Assembly (NCBI GenBank): GCA_963514005.1
Contig: OY740787.1
Location: 14,756,001-14,820,000 of the forward strand
Source: Raja brachyura
Taxonomy: Eukaryota
Direction: 5' to 3'
DNA length: 64,000 nt
The translations under genes and the position numbers were made by a program. Below the pieces are notes generated by a model, which was given only the letters and a program-made list of their open reading frames with translations, was not told where the DNA came from and did not search any database. Below, piece after piece: positions 48,075-61,059 of the stretch (positions are counted from its first letter, which is position 1; every line of letters starts with the position of its first letter).

Positions 48075-48380
48075 TTAGTTTAGTTTAGAGATATAGCGTG
48101 AGAACAGGCCCTTCGGCCCACCGAGTCAGCACCTGACCAGCGGTCCCCGCACCCTAACTCTAGTCCTATTGGGAACTTATTTGGGACAATTTACATTTAT
48201 GCCAAGCCAATTAACCGACAAACCTGTGCATCTTTGTGGGAGGGAACCAAAGATATCGGAGAAAACCCGTCCCGGGTCATGGGGAGAGCGTGCAGATTCC
48301 GTGCTGACAAACACCCGTAGTCAGGATCAAACCCGAGTCTCTGGCGCCGTAAGGCAGTACCTCAGCTGCTACGCCACCGT
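48075..48380 (-). mobile_element. HE1/V-SINE
   Basis: (tttag)n tail, V-domain and tRNA-like head, all reversed. Confidence 0.8.
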
Positions 48381-49434
48381 ACCGAACTGTTGTAAAGTAA
48401 AAAAAGTGACAAATTCCACCCACAGCTTTGAGATAATGACTGGTTAAAATAATAGTTTATGATTTAGGTTATGGATAATTGTGTCCACTGCACATGGATA
48501 CTATTTCCCTGCTCTTTGAACAGTGTTGTGCAGTCATTTACATCTACTTAAGAGTGAGCTCCATTTCTTGATTTAAGGTCTTGTTCAAAAGACAGAGAGA
48601 GTACTTGCAATTATTTTAGTCAATAGTCAATAGTCAGATTTATTTGTTACATACGCAATGAAGTGCAGTGAAATGAACTTGCCAGCAGCGGTACAATAAA
48701 AAAGAACATCCCCACAGTACAGCACTAAGCACCAACCAGCCTCAACTGTGGTTTCTGAAGAGATCTTTTGACTCGTAGCGTGGCCGAAGAGAGAACTTTG
48801 CCTTGAATTTATCTATGATAGCAGCAGCAGGAATAGAAATATGTCATTAGACCATTAAACAAGTTCAAGTTCAAGTGAGTTTATTGTCATGTGTCCCTGA
48901 TCGGACCAAGAAATTCCTGCTTTGATTTTGCACAACAGAACATAGTAGGCATTGACTACAGAACAGATCAGTGTGTCCATATGCCATTATATAAATATAT
49001 AAACAACTCATCAATCTGAAAAATTCTGCTTCTCCCTGCAGACGTTGCCAACATTGCTGGGTATTGCCATCATTTTGTGTTCTCATTTACTGTTCTGTAG
49101 CCTCGCTCCTCCCTCACTCCAACCCTTCTAGGTCTGACCTCCTGTAAGAACTGATATTTGATGGCTTCTCCATTGCTGGCTGTGCATTCACCTGCTTGGC
49201 CCATTGGTTCTCCTTGCTCCGCAAGCCTTTGACCCAGTGGCGTGGCCAGGACAATGGGTCTTCATGGTCAAGTTAGGACTCTAACATTTATAAAACATTT
49301 CGGGACTTGAAGAGTACAAGATGGCACCTAAAATGCGACGACTCTTGTGCACGGACTCAGTATGGTCTACTACCTTACGCTCTTATACTTAGCATGATTG
49401 TGCCTAATCTAGAGCAGGATTGTCACTGAACAGC

Positions 49435-50008
49435 ATTTAGTATATTGTGTTCAGTTCTGGGCACCATGTTATAGGAGAGATATTGTCAAGCTTGAAAGGG
49501 TTCGGAGAAGATTTAGGGGGATGTTGCCAGGGCTAGAGGGTGTGAGCTATAGGGAGAGGTTGAGTGGGATGGGTCTCTATTCCATAGAGCGCAGGAGAAT
49601 GAGGGGTGATCTTATAGAGGTGTACAAAATCATGAGAGGAATAGATTGGGTTGATGCACAGAATCTCTTGCCAGGATAGGGGAATCTAGGACCAGAGAAC
49701 ATAGGTTCAAGGTGAAGGGGAAAAGATTTAATAGGAATCCCAAGGTGAAGGGGAAAAGATTTAATAGATACTTTACACACAAAGGGTGGTGGGTGTGTGG
49801 AACGAGCTGCCAGATGAGGTAGTTGAAACTGGGACTATCCCAACGTTTAAGAAATAGTTAGACAGGTACATGGATAGGACAGGTTTGGAGGGATATGGAC
49901 CAAGCGCAGGCAAGTGGGACCAGTGTAGCTGGGACATTGTTGGTCATTGTGGGCAAGTTGGGCCGAAGGGCCTATTTCCATGCTGTATCACTCTATGACT
50001 CTATGACT
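49435..50008 (+). mobile_element. CR1-like LINE 3' end
   Basis: YCVQFWAPCY...LERV...RGDLIEVYKIMRG; internal duplication caaggtgaaggggaaaagatttaatag; (actctatg)n tail. Confidence 0.85.
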
Positions 50009-50169
50009 GTATGCAAGAAAAATAATTTCACTGTACTTGGGTACCTGTGGCCATAAAGTACCACCACCAATCCTCTCCATGTGTCTATGTCTTTACAATG
50101 TTGCTGAAAGCTTCCTGTCTCGATAAGTTTCTGGTCTTCCATTTCTAATGTAGTTTAGAGTTGCATTTT

Positions 50170-50990
50170 CTATAATGCACGTGAAAAACCAGTCAAAATA
50201 AAGGTACCATACGCATTCATTAAAAAAAATACAATAAGGGCTCCATTTGCTCTGACTTCAAGAAGCACAGATGTTAATTAATGCACAAGAACCCGTTGGT
50301 GTGTTTTTAAATTTGTCTAGTTCTAATAATCGGTCTAATAATGGTATAAATTTTAATTTTAATTGGTAGTGGGAATCTTTCATAAAGTTTTGGTAAAAAC
50401 TCTGCAACTGTTGCAGGCAGCAAAGAGCTGCTGCATGAGGCTACCTTGATCTGAAACTGACCTGGCGCATGCAGTCATTTCATGTATTGTTAGGACAGAT
50501 GCCAGCTTATTTCTGCCGGAATTTCCTGTATGGGTCTCATTTCCTCTGTTCTGCAATTGAGCCACTAAAGCTATTTAATTACACTGAGAGTCTGCCCCGT
50601 AGGATATTATTATTGTCTGGCTACTTCCTGGTGAGGTTGAAGTACAGGACACTTGCAAAAAAAAGTGCGTCTATTGTGGAAATGAAGATGTACTGATCTC
50701 ACCCCCTCCCTCTTCATTGTACGTGAGAACAAGGAATTCCGTTGCATTTTAAAAGCAAATGCCTCGTAATTGGATCAATTGGAACCTGTTTTTCACGAGC
50801 ACATAGGAGTGCTTTTGCCCACATCGGATCGTGCTGATCATTTCTGCGTGGATTCATGTCTATCGGGAAATGGAGCCTCGGCATTTCTCTGCACTATTCA
50901 CAACGCAACATTCCCTGCATCAATCACGCAACTTCCTCGAGTTCACGTTCGTTCCGGTGAAGGCGCTGTGCACATGACAGCCAGCCAACA
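50170..50990. promoter_or_regulatory. Candidate conserved non-coding element
   Basis: TE-free, with TAAT, CATTGT/CAATTG and ttaattaa motifs. Confidence 0.3.
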
Positions 50991-51139
50991 GCCACTTGTC
51001 TTTTTCTTTTTTTTTTGCTTTTAATTTAATTTTAATTTCAAGTTTTCGTGTACCTTGTTGTGCGCTGTGACTGTTGGGAGACCAGTTTCCCTCCGGGGAT
51101 GAATAAAGTTCTATCATATCGTATCGTAATCCATCAATC

Positions 51140-51392
51140 CATCAAACACCCGTTTCTACCATAGCAGGCACAGACCGCCACATGAGATCCTTTTTCCCTG
51201 TGGCTATCAAACTGTACAACTCCTCCTCCTTCTGTGATGGGGTAGTGGACTCTCCTTCCCCCTCTCCAATCTTTGCACAACTCCAATCCTGGACTTTCCA
51301 CTTTATTTTAATGTTTCATGTATCTTATTGTGTTTTATGATTGTTGGCAGATCAATTTCCCTCCTAGGATAAATAAAGTTCTATTGTAACGT
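51140..51392 (+). mobile_element. LINE 3' end (RSFFPVAIKLYN; Rex/L2-like)
   Basis: agatcctttttccctgtggctatcaaactgtacaac; its tail aataaagttctat is also present at about 51100. Confidence 0.5.
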
Positions 51393-51804
51393 ATAAACTG
51401 GTGCACATGATTTTTGCGTTGAATTGTTGCATAAAATTAAGGAACATATTGGGCTGAAATCCCCCTTCTGACGCTGATTACAAAAGTCTATTCTACATCC
51501 ATATAATGTTAGACTCATTCTACCTTCAGCTTTTCTTCCTATTCATGTCTCGTTTGTGTTTTATCTTATCGTTCTTCAGCACTTCATGCCGTGATAACTA
51601 CTTAACTGATTATTCCGCACCTTCCCGTGGCATGGAGTCCAGGACTCGATCGGGACAAGAGATTGTGAAGGGGCATCTCACACGCAAGCACACACGTACA
51701 CAAACACACATACGCACACTGATAATCCTGATGTTGCCCCTCCCTTGTGGTTCGTCCCTTATAGCTTATCTGTGGTGGCTGTAGGAATGCTTTCCTTAAG
51801 GTCA

Positions 51805-52140
51805 CCGAGTCATACAGGGTGGAAACAGGCCCTTCAGCCCAACTTGCCTACACCCACCAACATGTCCAATTTACACGTGTTGCACCTGCCTGCATTTGGC
51901 CCTAGCCTGTCCTATCCATGTACCTGTCTTAAACATTGCGATAGTACCTGCCTCAATTAGACCACCGGCAGCTCGTTCCCTACACCCACTGCCCTTCATG
52001 TGAACAAGTTACCCCTCAAGTTCCTATCAAATATTTTTCACCTTCCTTCACCTTAAACCTATGTTCTCTGTTTCTTGTTTCCCCTACTCTGGCCAAGAGA
52101 CTCAGTGTGTGTACCTGGTCTATTCCTCTCATAATTTTGT
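51805..52140 (-). mobile_element. CR1-like LINE 3' end
   Basis: KIMRGIDQVHTLSLLARVGETRNREHRFKVK. Confidence 0.8.
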
Positions 52141-52292
52141 CCTCATGATGAGCGTACCTATGCACAGCACAGCAAAAGACTTGGTGATGATGAATTTCCA
52201 TCAGGAAATGCACAGATCCTCTTTTAGTGAATCTCAGAGTGTGCAAACCACACTGGAGCAGCCCCAACCTCATCATCATTGACATTTTTGTG

Positions 52293-52590
52293 CAGGGCAG
52301 CATGGTGGTGCAGCGATAGTGCTTCTGCCTTACAGCGCCTGAGACCGGGGTTCGATCCTGACCGTATGGAGTTTATACATTCTCCCCATAAACTGCGTGG
52401 GTTTTCTCTGGGTGCTCCGGTTTCCCCCCCACCCTCCAAAGACATACAGTTTTGTAGACAACTGTAAATTGTTCCTAGTGTGGTCCTAGTCCCTAAGATA
52501 ATGTGAGTGTGTGGGGATTGCTGGTCGGCGCGGACTCGATGGGCCGAAGGGAGAGTTTCTGCACTGCGTCTCTAAACTAAACTAAACTAA
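52293..52590 (+). mobile_element. HE1/V-SINE
   Basis: A/B boxes, V-domain and (ctaaa)n tail. Confidence 0.8.
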
Positions 52591-53506
52591 AAACAATTGG
52601 GCGTTAGTCTTGCGCACAGTGACAGTTTAATACACTGGACCTACTTCAGTGTTTAACCTATTTTCTGGACTGGAAACTGGACAGGCCATTGATGGGCCAA
52701 CATAGAGTGGCACAATTTTTGCATCAAGTTTTGAGGTCGCCAGCTTGCAGCCGCTATCCTCGAGCGGGCGGGCCCTACTCGAGCATTCCATTTGCAAATG
52801 CCATGGGGGATTTGCCCTGGTAAATCAGGTAAATGTGACCCTTGAACTCACGAGAGTGCTTCGCTTTTGTTCATCTTTATAATCCAGAACAATGGAGCTG
52901 CCTGGGTGATGAACTGAGGTTGCTCCATCAAACTCCCTGATCGCGGGGTTTGCGAATCCACCGCGGACGGTCTGCCAAGCCTCAACTTTTAAAGAGGTCA
53001 CTAACAGGATCTCTCCTTGTCAGGAATTTCCTTTCTGTTTTGCTGGCCTTAAAGTTCCCGCAGAGGGAACTTGTTTCAATCTGGCGTAACACTAAGAGGA
53101 AAATTTAAGAGCAATCGATTTTTATTTATTTTTCTCTCGTTCTTCACAGCCTAACTATTCCCAACGAAAAATTTATTTGGAAGAACTTTATTTTATCCCC
53201 CGTCGTACTTTGTTGGTAGAACTGAATTGACTTGGCCAACTCAATCTTCTTAAGATACAAAGTGCTAGGGTCATCAGGTCAGGCAGCATCTCTGGAGACT
53301 CCTGCACTTTGTGTCTTTTTTTTGGAAACCCGTATCTGCAGTTACGTGTGTCTACTGCAATCTCATGAGTTCCATTAGCATGAAATTTAAAAATATAAAT
53401 CCTTGTTTTTGATTCAGTCAGCTCTGCTTTTAAGGTTAGCCTTAACATGAAGAATGTTTGTGGTGACATCTATAACTGTCCATAAAACAAGGGTGTTTGC
53501 AACATT

Positions 53507-53697
53507 GTGTAGGAAGGAACTGCAGATGCTGGTTTGCACCGTAGATAGACATAAAATGCTGGAGTAACTCAGCTCGACCAGCTGCATCTCTTGTAGAGAA
53601 ATCTGAAGAAGGGTCTCGACCCGAAGCGTCACCCATTCCTTCTCTCCAGAGATGCTGCCTGTCCCACTGAGTCACTCCAGCATTTTGTGTCTATCCG
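53507..53697. mobile_element. Penelope terminal repeat fold-back
   Basis: ctgaagaagggtctcgacccgaagcgtca between inverted arms. Confidence 0.72.
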
Positions 53698-54261
53698 TTT
53701 GCCACATTGTCTGGTTAACCATCAAATTAATACTAAAAAATGTTTGCTGGAATTGTTTGATTTTCTGTCATAAATACGTGTAAAATAAGGACTAACTCAG
53801 AAAGGTGTCCGATATTTAACACTATTATATTGGTCCTAAATAGCTGTCTTAACACTGAAGGCAATAATTCTTAAACCAGGTAGGTTTAAAATATGTAGTG
53901 TCTGGTACAAGTCTCTTCACGCTGGTCTGGCAACTTTAATAAACAATGGCGTTTGCTGATGGTTAAGTGCGAAACCTGACTTAATTTGCTGCTTCAACAC
54001 GTGTTCTTACTTGAAGGAATTTGTTTCTGTTTTATATTCCACCAGCCTGTAATCTATTTATAACCCTGGAGGGCAGTCTGGACAAGAGGCAGGAACTGGG
54101 CGGATAATGCAGAATGAGATGCCCCCGTGAGCACCAGTCTAGAGCATGAGCAACAGGGTCCTACTTGGACCCTAATGCCAGCATTGAAACTCATTTTAGC
54201 AAAGTTGGTACGGGGAATATATGTGACGGGGCACTTTCCCACGATATTTATGGTATTCCCA

Positions 54262-54675
54262 TGATGTATTCACTGGAATTTAGAAGAATGAAAGGGGATG
54301 TTATAGAAACATATAACATTCTTAAGGGATTGGACAGGCTAGATGCAGGAAAAAACGTTCCTGATGTTGGGGGAGTCCAGAACCAGGGGGTCACAGTTTA
54401 AGAATAAGGGGTAGGCCATTTAGGACTGAGATGAGGAAAGACTTTTTCACCCAGAGAGTTGTGAATCTGTGGAATTCTCTGCCACAGAAGGCAGTGGAGA
54501 CCAATTCACTGGATGGAGTTAGATTTAGCTCTCAGGGCTAACAAAATCACGGGAAATGGGGGGAAAAGCATGAACAGGGCATTGATTCCTGATGATCAGC
54601 CATGATCATATTGAATGGCGGTGCTGGTTCAAAGGGCCGAATGGTCTCTTCTTGCACCTACTTCCTATGTTTCTA
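54262..54675 (+). mobile_element. CR1-like LINE 3' end
   Basis: YSLEFRRMKGDVIETYNILKGLDRLDAG. Confidence 0.85.
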
Positions 54676-54677
54676 TA

Positions 54678-54990
54678 TTTAGTTTAATTTTAGTTTCAGC
54701 ATGGACACAGGCCCTATGGCCCACCGAGTCCGCGCCGACCAGCGATATCCGCACACTTACACTATCCTACACACACTTGGGACAATTTTCAATTTTCAAT
54801 TTTCCAAGCCAATTAGCCGACAAATCTGTACGTCTTTGAAGTGTGGTGGGATACCGGAGTAAACCCACGCAGGTCAAGGGGAGGATGTACAAACTCCGTA
54901 CAGACAAGCACCCATAGTCAGGATCGAACTCGAATCTCTGGAGTTGGAAGTGCTTTAAGGCAGCAACTCTACTGCTGCGCCACGGTGCCA
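54678..54990 (-). mobile_element. HE1/V-SINE
   Basis: Reverse copy, tail-to-tail with the preceding CR1. Confidence 0.8.
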
Positions 54991-55689
54991 CCCAAATGCC
55001 AGCGATGCCACCTTTAAACTCATATTAGCAAAGTTGGTATGGGGGAATTTGTACGATGGGGCACTTTCCCATGATATGAACAATACAGGTTTCAAAGTAA
55101 AAACAAGTGTAATTTGCTTCACCAGAAGCTGATCATTCAAATGCTGTGGCTATCTGACCTCCTGCACTGCACCTTTTCACACAATATCTCAAGCACCCTG
55201 AAGTCTGGACAGCCTATGGGCTCAGCTTAAATACTGTGATTTTATAGAGGCATCAAACACTTTTAAAGTTGTAAGTTTCACAAAGTTTACAGTGGTTCTT
55301 TTAGTCCAGGGCTTTCTCTACATTAATACGTCAAGTGTGCACACTTGAAGAACTCTTCCAAGCACATCTTGGGATATGATCTAGGTACATCCTCTCGGAG
55401 GTAGCTCTTAATCCAGCTCTTGTTTAAACCACCAAGCTTGCCAGCCCTTCTGAGCGATGTAAGCGTAATACTACTCGGTAACCAGGTTTAAAGGGATATG
55501 GGCCAAATGCAGGCATGTTGATCGGTGTGGGCAAGTTGGGCCGAAGAGCCTGTTTCCACAAAGCATGACTTCCACCCAACCCGAAACATCATCTATCTAT
55601 GTTCTCCAAGGATGCTGCCTGACCAACTGAGTTACTCCAGCATTTTGTGCCTTTGCTTAGTAAACCAGCATCTGCAGTTCCTTGTTTCT

Positions 55690-56350
55690 ACCTTCTAGGG
55701 TTCTAATAACCAACGTGTGCCAAAGTATGTACACGTGAAAACTGTAGTTCGGACCTCCCCACTTTGAAACAAACCTTTCATTAAACCTGAGAGAAACCAA
55801 ACTCCTGTTTTTGCCAGAATTAGTCGAAACATTTTCCAAGTGTTCATTTACCGTGTAAGTGCAATAGATGTTTTAATTAAATTGATTAGATGGCACCTAC
55901 AAAGCAAAACATTGCCAAAAGTACATCATTTTAGTTCTTAGTCAAACTGGCCTCTCAGAATAAACAAAAGGGAAAATTGCTTCTATTCCAACGAGCTCTT
56001 CTATTGTGTTTGGGTTTTCTTTTGTTGTTCATCTCTCAGGTCAATAGATTAGCTTCTTTTTTTGCATGAAAGGGTTAAGAATTGTTTCTGAATTCCGCCT
56101 TGGTCTATCTCAGGTCGGCACGGCGACAGGTGCTCAGTGACCTGTGACCTCGGGCAGTTAATCAAACTGATTTGTGCTATTCGGAAATCGGAGACTGATA
56201 AATGGCCTTCTGAAATCAGAATGTGACTGGAGCTCGCTCACCACGACGTGGCTTTAAGCTAAATTCTGAAGTGTTTTGTTAGTACTGTGCTGTGGAATGC
56301 CATGGAGCAATATATTGGCCAGTTTAATTGTGATATTGATCAGAGGGTGA
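55690..56350. promoter_or_regulatory. Candidate conserved non-coding element
   Basis: TE-free; ttaattaaattgatta, aacaaaag, ctattgtg, tgacctgtgacct and ctgataa motifs. Confidence 0.35.
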
Positions 56351-57329
56351 GCCTCTAATCTGGATTACTGGATAAAAGGAGAGGGGGAGTGAAGCAACGA
56401 CCAAATCTTTCTTGGAGAGAGAATAATGTATAAGTGTTACAAGTAAGTTTAAAAACATTTAGACAGGTACATGGATAGGAGAGGTTTAGAGGGATATGGG
56501 CCAAATGCAGACAGGGGAGACTGGTGTAGATGGGACATGTTGGTTGGTGAGGGCAAGTTGGGCCGAAGAGCCTGTTTCCACGCTGTATGACTCTATGTAG
56601 ACTCCTGCTGTTGGCTAAAAAGTAATGGTAGATTTGCAAAAAGCAAGGCTTAGTTTGAGTCATTGAGTTGCACAGCATGGAAACAGACCCTTCGGCCCAA
56701 CTCACCCTTCGGCCCAACTCGAAGACAGTGGGTCTATGAAGTAATGTAGTACCGACTGAAAATGATGGGAATGAAAGCATGATTTCAGCTAACATCATCT
56801 GATTTTCACCCAAAGGATTGGGGAAAGCATGCACTCTCTCAAAACGCTTGAGTAAGATGTTCCTGTAGATTTGAAAATGCTGATGGTGGTGGGGGGTGGG
56901 GGGGGGTTCGTTTTGTTCATGTTAGAACATAGAACAGTGCAAAACAGGAAAGGGCCCTACGGCCCACAATGTTTGTGCCAAACATCTTTGCATGTTAATC
57001 TGATCTCTTCTGCCTGTACCCTTTATATCCATATCCCTTTATCTTGCCTATCTTAAAGACTTTTAAATGTCACTGTGGTATCTGCCTCTGCCACAGAAAT
57101 CTCACAAATCTCAGTCAATTTGTGTAGAGCAAACTCCCTCAACATGAATGATCATGTCCAAAAAAAATCTGAATTTTTGTGATTTTGGACACGGGCGATA
57201 AATAATAGACAATAGGTGCAGGAGTAGGCCATTCGGCCCTTCAAGCCAGCACCGCGAGTCAATATGATCATGGCTGATCATCCCCAATCAGTACCCCGTT
57301 CCTGCCTTCTCCCCATATCCACTGACTCC

Positions 57330-57445
57330 GCTATTGATCACTACACTGGGAATAATCCCTGCAATCTTTTTCTCTCCAAAATAGTGCTACATGATATTAT
57401 AACGTCCACCTGAGAGAGTCTGTGGGTTCTTAGTTATATAACCCC
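57330..57445 (-). mobile_element. Deu-domain SINE relic (SacSINE1/AmnSINE1-like)
   Basis: aatagtgc..atgatattataacgtccacctgagagag resembles the recalled reverse Deu core (tgccatgggatcttttacgtccacctgagag). Confidence 0.35.
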
Positions 57446-58639
57446 CATTGTTCAGACAATAAATTGCTTTGATTTTATAATGTCATAAGTTATAGGAGTT
57501 ATAGAATTAGACCTTTTGGCCCATCCAGTCTACTCTGCCATTTAATCATGGCTGATCTATCTATCCCTCTCAACCCCATTCTCCTGCCTTCTCCCCAGAA
57601 CCCCTGACATCCGCACTAATTTCTGCTTTGTTCTCACCAAAAGATTGTTTTATTTTCTACGAGTTATTGGTGAATGCCTAGGAAGGATCTATACTGTGAG
57701 AATGAAACAAAGCATAAAAGTGCCAGGGGAACTCAGCCGGTCAGGCGACATCTGTGGAGTGAATGGACAGGCGACATTTCGGGTCGGAACCCTTCTTCAG
57801 ACCCCATTTTACAGCACCATTGTAAAACCTCCTCACAGTGTGGCTACCTTGAAGAAGGTCTCTTCTTTCAAACGGGATCTCTGTGAGACACTTTCTCACT
57901 GCTCCCCTTGTTCCTGCTCTTTGACCGAGCTCCGACAGGGTTAATAATCCATGCAGTAAAATCTTTCTATATAGTTAAATCTTAAAAGAATTTTATTACA
58001 GTTTTGTTTGCCAAAATTAAAATATTAATAACCTAGCAGTACATAAACACATTTGTTTATTAACCATTTTATAACAAATTCTTCCATTTCTTTTTCAACT
58101 TTAATATAATTAAGTGCCCCAAAACATTTTACAGGACCAATATTATAAGAAATTGAAGCTGCAATAGGCCACTTGGTCCCCCCCCCCTTCTGCTTACTCT
58201 GTCATTAAACAAGACCTGGCTGATATTTTACTAATCAGGCCTTTTCTCCAGTAACCCCACAAACCTTGATTCTCTTACGATTCAAGTATTTATTGAGCTC
58301 TCACGTCTATACTCAATGACAGCCTCTTAGGTTTGAGAATTGCAAAGGTTTCAAAGTTGATAGCAAGTCGTATAAGATGTTGGGGTAGAAAAAATCAAGT
58401 TCAATCAAACTGGTGGATTCCAAGGAACATTTTAAATGACCATAGAGAGGTAGAAAGGCAAAGAGGTTCAGGGAAGGAATACAAGGACTTCGGATGTAAT
58501 AACAAGGAACTTCGAATGCTGGTTTATATCGAAGATAGACACAAAGTGTTGTGGGTCGAAGGGCCTGGTGTTGTGATGTACTGTTCTATGTTCTAAGCCA
58601 AAGGAAGTTCATCTTGAAGATAAACACAAAATGCTGGAG

Positions 58640-58945
58640 GGTGGCATGGTGGCACAGTGGTAGAGCTACTGCCTTACAGTGCCAGAGACCCGGGTTTGAT
58701 CCTGACTACGGGTGCTTCTGTGCGGAGTTTGTACATTCTCCCTGCGACTACGTGAGTTTTTCTCCGAGATCTTCGGTTTCCTCCCACACTCCAAAGACGT
58801 ACAGGTTTGTAGGTTAATTGGCTCGGTGTAAATGTAAATTGTTCCTAGTGTGTGCAGGATAGTGGGGATCGCTGGTCGGTGTGGACTCGGTTGGCCGAAG
58901 GGCCTGTTTTCATGATGTTTCCAAACCAAGCTAAACTCAACTAAA
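58640..58945 (+). mobile_element. HE1/V-SINE nested in a Penelope repeat
   Basis: Full SINE; the host repeat (acacaaaatgctggag ... cagcaggtcgggcagcatctctgg) resumes after it. Confidence 0.85.
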
Positions 58946-59039
58946 TCCAGCAGGTCGGGCAGCATCTCTGGAGCAAAGGAATAGGTGACGATTCGGGTCG
59001 AGACCCTTCTTCAGACTGAGCATTATCCTGAATCAGTTA

Positions 59040-60200
59040 ACGCAGTGTGAAACCGCAAGAGGGTTTCCCCTAAACACCAGCCGGAGTGTTACCTCTACTC
59101 GCTGAATTCCGCCACAGCAGCATTTGCTCTGGGTCCAGTCAAGCATCACAACTTAGTTCAGTCTCCGAGTGGCAGCCAGCGTTTTCCCTGCTCCCGGTTT
59201 CCATGAGGGCAATTCTCTCTCGGCATTCACTCAGGCCGTTAGTAATGGTGCATTAACTTCAGCCACGAGTTAAATAAAGCCCCGTGGCTCGCACCCACTT
59301 AGTGGCTGGTGCAGCCAAACAGAGACCCATTATTCTGGTTGCCCGGCGCATCCCTAAAGCATCCCGTGCCTGACTTGTCAAAGCCAGAGCCAATTTGTCC
59401 GATACGGTTCAGGCTGCAGATCCTACAGGGGCAACTTGGCCTGCCTGTTCGACAGCAGGGCAGCAGAACGTCTGAATGTAGCATCTTTCAGCAGAAAAGT
59501 GTGAAATTTGGTACAAGTGAAATGCAGTTCACGGTCAGCACAATGTATTTGACATAAAATAGAGTTATCTCCTTCGCTGAAGCCTTTGCCCTTTCTTTCT
59601 CACTTCATGCCTTTTCTTATTACCTGATGTCAGAATATTTGGCCCCACACTGTGAAATTTCAAACCACATCAGAACAGGCCTAACGAATCCAGAAATATC
59701 GAGCCTTTTGTCCCTTATCTGCAAACGCACCCTATCTCTCATGCCGCACAAAAGAGAGAGAAACCTATTGCTAAATTTTTCAACCTTATGTAAAGACTGA
59801 TTGAGCTGCTGTTTGTGATTAAGATGGCTGTCAGTCTCTGCACATGGATTGCACATTGACAGGTAAACGTTAATACTGAGCTGAGCACAGTTTACTCAAC
59901 TATCAAAGCAGGAGATTGTATGATAAATGAAAAGCTGGGGGATTCTAATACATTTGGCTCTGCTTCAGCAATTTCAATAACCAAAGGGTAGTCATCATCT
60001 GAAGTATGGTCAGAAGCAAGGAAGAGTTGACAGGGGGCTGTAAATTACTTTGCAGCCACTTCAGATGAGATGTGCTGAAACTCACACACTATTCCAGGCG
60101 TAATTGGCCTGCGCTTGATGTAATTTTTTTGAATGTGATAAGTCTGAAGTCCCTGCGCTTAATCCCCCGAAGATTTCGGCATCATCGGCCCGTGTTTGTC
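59040..60200. promoter_or_regulatory. Candidate conserved non-coding block upstream of the 106-bp exon
   Basis: About 1.1 kb without TEs, CpG-retaining, with taat/atta and tgaca motifs. Confidence 0.35.
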
Positions 60201-60303
60201 CTCGCAACCCTGCACCGTACAAACACCCAGCTAATGTCCACTGTGCCAGACCAGCTTTCCCTATCATTCCCCCCATGCCCCACCCCCAAACCCCTCAACC
60301 GCA

Positions 60304-60305
<2 letters not shown>

Positions 60306-60341
<36 letters not shown>
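60306..60341. repeat. (AC)n microsatellite
   Basis: About 17 AC units. Confidence 0.95.
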
Positions 60342-60343
<2 letters not shown>

Positions 60344-60785
60344 CCCTTCCACCCCACAGCACAAGGCCTGCTGCTGTAGCCGGCACTCATCCCGACCTGT
60401 GATTCCGCACTCCCAGCCCTGTCATGTTCTGTTTTGTGTCCCTCGCTCCGGCTTCTTTCACACTTCCTACCATCTTTTAGAGTTCAAAGCATGTGTAGCT
60501 GCAGGTCTTTGTCAGAAACCCAGTTGGAGGCCTTTAATGTTTGTGATGTAGGAACGCTGTGAATGACTTTGATTATTTATTAATTCTGCTTCTCTTGTCT
60601 GATTGAGCCAATAGCGAAGATGAAGGTCCTTATCTTTCTTTTTGCTGAACACGCTCTTGCGCCGAAACATCTACAGCTTTGTGGAAGACGTTGCCTTTTA
60701 ACTTTTTTTTTATTATTAACAATTCTTTTTATTTTGTTGCTGCACCACCTTTTTCCTAATGTCTCATTTTCTTTATTTGTTTCAG

Positions 60786-60891
60786 CCTCGCACCACATCT
60801 TCCCGGCGTTCCACACGCCGATACCCATCGACATGCGGCATCACGAGGGACGGTACCATTACGAGCCGCACTCTATCCACGCCATTCACGG
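60786..60891 (+). CDS. GLI2: GLI2 coding exon (N-terminal repressor region), 106 bp
   Basis: Branch-like ctaat plus ttttctttatttgtttcag| acceptor, and |gtaggt donor. Encodes [40 protein letters not shown] and YEPHS(I/V)H are GLI2-diagnostic (GLI3 has IDARH and YDPSP). 106 bp is the recalled length of the orthologous GLI2/GLI3 exon. Confidence 0.93.
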
Positions 60892-61059
60892 GTAGGTGGG
60901 ACTCGAGCTCGCCGACTGTACGCTGCCACCATCCTCACTCTTCCACTGAAAGGACGCACAGAAGGTCTTGACATGAGAGGGGCTACTCAATATTTCCCAT
61001 TGTCCCACTCCAAATTGGTGACTCCTTTCTCACTTTCCTTTGGCCTGATGTCGGTGGTT

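Larger units (their letters stand above)
7697..60785 (+). other. GLI2: Intron (about 53 kb) of GLI2
   Basis: GT...AG bounded, with phase-compatible flanking exons. No other recognisable GLI exon seen inside. Confidence 0.75.

Noticed and set aside
7448-60891. Calling the gene GLI3
   Set aside because: The first exon is GLI3-like but divergent, while the second has GLI2-diagnostic residues ([16 protein letters not shown] rather than IDARH, YDPSPIPPLH). GLI2 is preferred, pending phylogeny.
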